Assembly: GCA_002189035.1 (NCBI GenBank)
Contig: NEEC01000190.1
Location: 1 to 33,730, forward strand
Source of the DNA: Utricularia gibba
Lineage: Eukaryota; Plantae; Magnoliophyta
Length of the DNA: 33,730 nt
Direction: 5' to 3'
Translations under genes and position numbers: made by a program
The notes under the pieces: generated by a model
What the model saw: the letters and a program-made list of their open reading frames with translations, nothing else
Database searches by the model: none
What the model was told of the DNA's origin: nothing
In this document: piece by piece, positions 33,143 through 33,730 of the stretch
How positions within the stretch are numbered: the first letter of the stretch is position 1
Layout of the letters: every line of letters begins with the position of its first letter

Positions 33143-33730
33143 GAGTCTCCATCCCTGGCGGCGTGGCGACGGCGGTAGGGTTCAGAATCTAAATGAAAGG
33201 CTGTGAGTAAGCATGTAAGGAAGGAGCTGTTATACATGTTGGGTCAAGGCGAAAAATGAAGAATTTCAAAAATATTGGGTCGAAAATGGGAGTTACCGGA
33301 AGAATGTGATCAAAGTCGCAACGGCTCCGAAAAAGCACTCAGTAATCTCACCGTCTTCTGTCACCTTACGGTTTGGGTTCGCGACTCGCAAGCTTGTGCT
33401 GAATCCAAATTATTGAGATGTCTTCCGGGCTGATACTCCAAGACAACGGAGGCGGCGCGCTTTCAGCCGCCGCATCCGGCGCCCCCCTCTCGCTCATCAG
33501 TTTTCTTGGATCCACTGCTCAGTAGCGGGCAGCAGCATCGATGCCCGTATGCGAGACTGCAGCCCGTTTTCTTGAGTAACCTAGGCTGATGGGAGATACT
33601 CGAAGCCCGCTGTTGCACTCATATGCCGTTATTTTGAGGGTCGTAATGCTGCTTTGAACTAACAAGGAAAAAATCAATCTCCCGATTAGGATTTGGGTTC
33701 GTGGGTATGCTTTTCAGCGTCTGGCGCATA

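Noticed and set aside
33418-33730. Possible 5' end of a gene divergent from ASD (MSSGLILQDNGGGALSAAASG...)
   Set aside because: The frame stops after 35 codons and no family is recognisable. It cannot be supported without sequence beyond the window.

Overview
Eukaryotic (angiosperm, probably eudicot) nuclear DNA, very gene-dense with short introns. Conserved genes in order: PAPS1 5' end (-), WUS-clade WOX (+), phytanoyl-CoA dioxygenase (-), NHL/SMP-30-like beta-propeller (+), ribose-5-phosphate isomerase (+), RING-CH/MARCH E3 (-), alpha-galactosidase (-), VIT1 (-), annexin D5 (-), cyclin SDS (-), BPA1-like RRM protein (-), aspartate-semialdehyde dehydrogenase (-). Many carry 1-nt homopolymer frameshifts that look like long-read consensus errors. 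The standout is an intronless RING-H2 gene whose N-terminus is a 3 x 41-aa tandem array carrying about 7 PAM2-like (PABP MLLE-binding) motifs. It occurs twice, in inverted orientation (16293-17156 + and 24125-24974 -). The left copy lies in a 3.35-kb block (15421-18774) that is a circularly permuted, inverted derivative of 22975-27376, with a fused annexin|SDS junction. By eye the two RING CDSs show no substitutions, while their flanks are clearly diverged, which suggests gene conversion. All alignments were done by eye, and exon boundaries and family assignments need computational confirmation.
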